A DNA stretch of 64,000 nt from an uncultured Chloroflexia bacterium (GTDB taxonomy: Bacteria; Chloroflexota; Dehalococcoidia; GIF9; UBA5629). Under the pieces are notes generated by a model. That model was not told the DNA's origin. It worked only from the letters and a program-made list of their open reading frames with translations, and ran no database searches. The stretch is from positions 110,544 to 174,543 of the forward strand of contig CAWKFY010000029.1 in NCBI GenBank assembly GCA_963848815.1. The letters run 5' to 3'. Position 1 is the first letter of the stretch; each line of letters starts with the position of its first letter. Of this stretch, positions 62,517 to 64,000 are shown in pieces. The translations under genes were made by a program, and so were the position numbers.

Positions 62517-64000
62517 ATGGATGATGTAAAAACTGTTTCGGATGCTTGGCGCCTGCACAGAGAAAAAAGACCTGACCATATTGCTTTAATGTGTGGGGAA
62601 AAAACGCGAACCTGGAAGGAATTCGAGGAAAGAGCTAACCAAATTGCAAATGCTCTCCTTGCTTTAGGGGTTAAAAGGAAAGATAGAATAGGAGTGTACA
62701 TCCTATTTGCCAAGTCAGTAGAATTTATAGAAGTATTCTATGCAGCTATGAAATTAGCTGCAATTCCCTTTTATGTAAACTTCAGATATACCTCGAGGGA
62801 AATTGAACCTGTGATACAGGATGTAGATGCGGCGTTTCTTTTTCTGGAAGATGGTTTAGTGCCTCGTATACAAGAGATAAAGGGAAACCTCAAAATCAAG
62901 AAATACATAGTGATTGGGGAAGAGAAAAATGTGCCCGAAGGCATGATTCATTTTGAAAGTTTGTTACAAAAACAACCCAAAACTCCACCTCGTTTCGATT
63001 GGGAGCCGCCAAAGCCAGAAGATATCGCATGGTTACAACACACAACGGGAACTACTGGCAACCCGAAAGGGACTATCTTAACCCATGAAAGCGTCATTCA
63101 TACAATGACGAAGGTTCTTCCTCTGATATATATACTTCTTGCTGGAAAGTGGGATAAAGCACCAGAAACACTTAATATAAAAAAGGAAGCTATGCAAAAG
63201 GGTTGGCATCCTATGAGAGTTGTACAAAAACTCTCATACGGAGGCATGAACCTGGATACCTTAACAGATGTATACGGTGAGCGCATTTTCTTTTCTCTTC
63301 CGCCGACAAGTACGGCAGCGGGAATAGACCATTCTGGGCTTTATCTTACCGCCGGCGCTGCGGTGGTCTTCCCTTCAGCATTTGAACCTGGTCAAATCTG
63401 TGCAACTATTGAACGGAGAAAAATAACAGACATTCTGGTTGCTGGTGATGTGATAACATTGCCGTTGCTTAACGAACTAAAAAAGGGGAAATATGATACA
63501 AGTAGTATTAGTGGGGACTTACAGTACCGGGGTGAAATTGTCAAAAAATCTTAAGAAAGAGTGGTTGGATTTGGTCCCTACCACGTTCATTTTCGATGCG
63601 CTTAGCACTACCGAAGCATGGTATAACTCAGGTAATGTAACATTTCCAGGGGAGGAGCCCGAGGAAGGGGTGTTTACGCCATTTTCTCCTAGAACTTTAG
63701 CCATACTAAACGACAAAGGACAACTTGTGGAAGAAGGCGAAGTGGGGGAAATCGTTGTTCCTAAATATGCGAGTGAAGGATATTATAACGATCCTAAAAA
63801 ATCAGCAGAAACCTTTAAAAATATTCGAATGCCCTTCCAGGATGCGGAGTCAGTTTGGGTCTTTACCAGTGACTACGCTACATATGATAAGGAAGGAAGG
63901 GTAATACTAAAGGGGAGAGGTGCTGAGGTCATTGATACTGGTGGTTTGAAGGTCTTCACTCCGGAGGTTAGAGATTTCATCGCTCAGAACCCCAAAGTTC
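62517..64000 (+). pseudogene. second AMP-dependent synthetase/ligase, frameshifted and running off the right edge
   Basis: The ATG at 62517 follows GGAGGA. The AMP motif HTTGTTGNPKGT lies in track ORF 62457..63554, which ends ..YDTSSISGDLQYRGEIVKKS*. The family continues in another frame from ~63505 (LVGTYSTGVKLSKNLKKEWLDLVPTTFIFDALSTTEAW...GEIVVPKYASEGYYNDPKKSAETF...TSDYATYDKEGRVILKGRGAEVIDTGGLKVF..) to the window end. Confidence 0.7.

Noticed and set aside
1-64000. Search for tRNA, rRNA, CRISPR arrays, integrases/transposases, toxin-antitoxin or known defence genes
   Set aside because: None was recognised. The intergenic spaces are short, with no regularly spaced direct repeats. No ORF shows integrase, transposase, nuclease-helicase or other defence-system motifs apart from the doubtful 18-codon relic at 32947.

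Overview
This 64-kb window is a bacterial chromosomal segment. The housekeeping genes (hpt, queA, glmS), the Shine-Dalgarno-led genes and a cobalamin riboswitch all point to a bacterium. A Chloroflexota/Dehalococcoidia-like anaerobe is only a guess from gene content. From left to right: (1) purine salvage (adenine deaminase fragment, hpt), a MoxR ATPase with a VWA partner, a large He_PIG-repeat surface protein and a soluble multi-PAS hybrid histidine kinase. (2) A 9.2-kb, 10-gene minus-strand operon behind one B12 riboswitch with a terminator: btuFCD-like uptake plus cbiB-cobD-cobQ-cobO-cobT-cobS-cobU for corrinoid salvage and nucleotide-loop assembly. (3) A ~30-kb surface-glycosylation supercluster that opens with an STT3/AglB-type oligosaccharyltransferase carrying a perfect WWDYG motif. 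It continues with dTDP-rhamnose genes and a visibly low-GC island encoding the complete GDP-D-glycero-D-manno-heptose pathway, with its own transaldolase, five tailoring redox enzymes and a radical SAM enzyme. It also holds a Wzx flippase, six glycosyltransferases, a 768-aa polytopic membrane protein, a Dpm1-like GT2 and glmS. (4) queA and a small DUF2905-like gene. (5) An Etf-linked redox operon: two FAD-oxidase/FeS-CCG modules, etfAB, a DUF169-like gene and an unknown Cys-rich protein. It faces a tandem-HxlR regulator and an operon with two AMP-dependent ligases. The most notable points are the archaeal-style N-glycosylation machinery in a bacterium, a 474-bp tandem duplication that creates a chimeric GT/flippase ORF, and at least 11 single-nucleotide frame disruptions in 7 genes. 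Six of those disruptions fall within 3.5 kb of the glycan locus, and none fall in the cobalamin operon. I saw no rRNA, tRNA, CRISPR array or intact mobile element. Coordinates taken from the ORF track are exact. Coordinates I indexed by hand (RNA elements, promoters, frameshift sites, repeat edges) may be off by a few nt.
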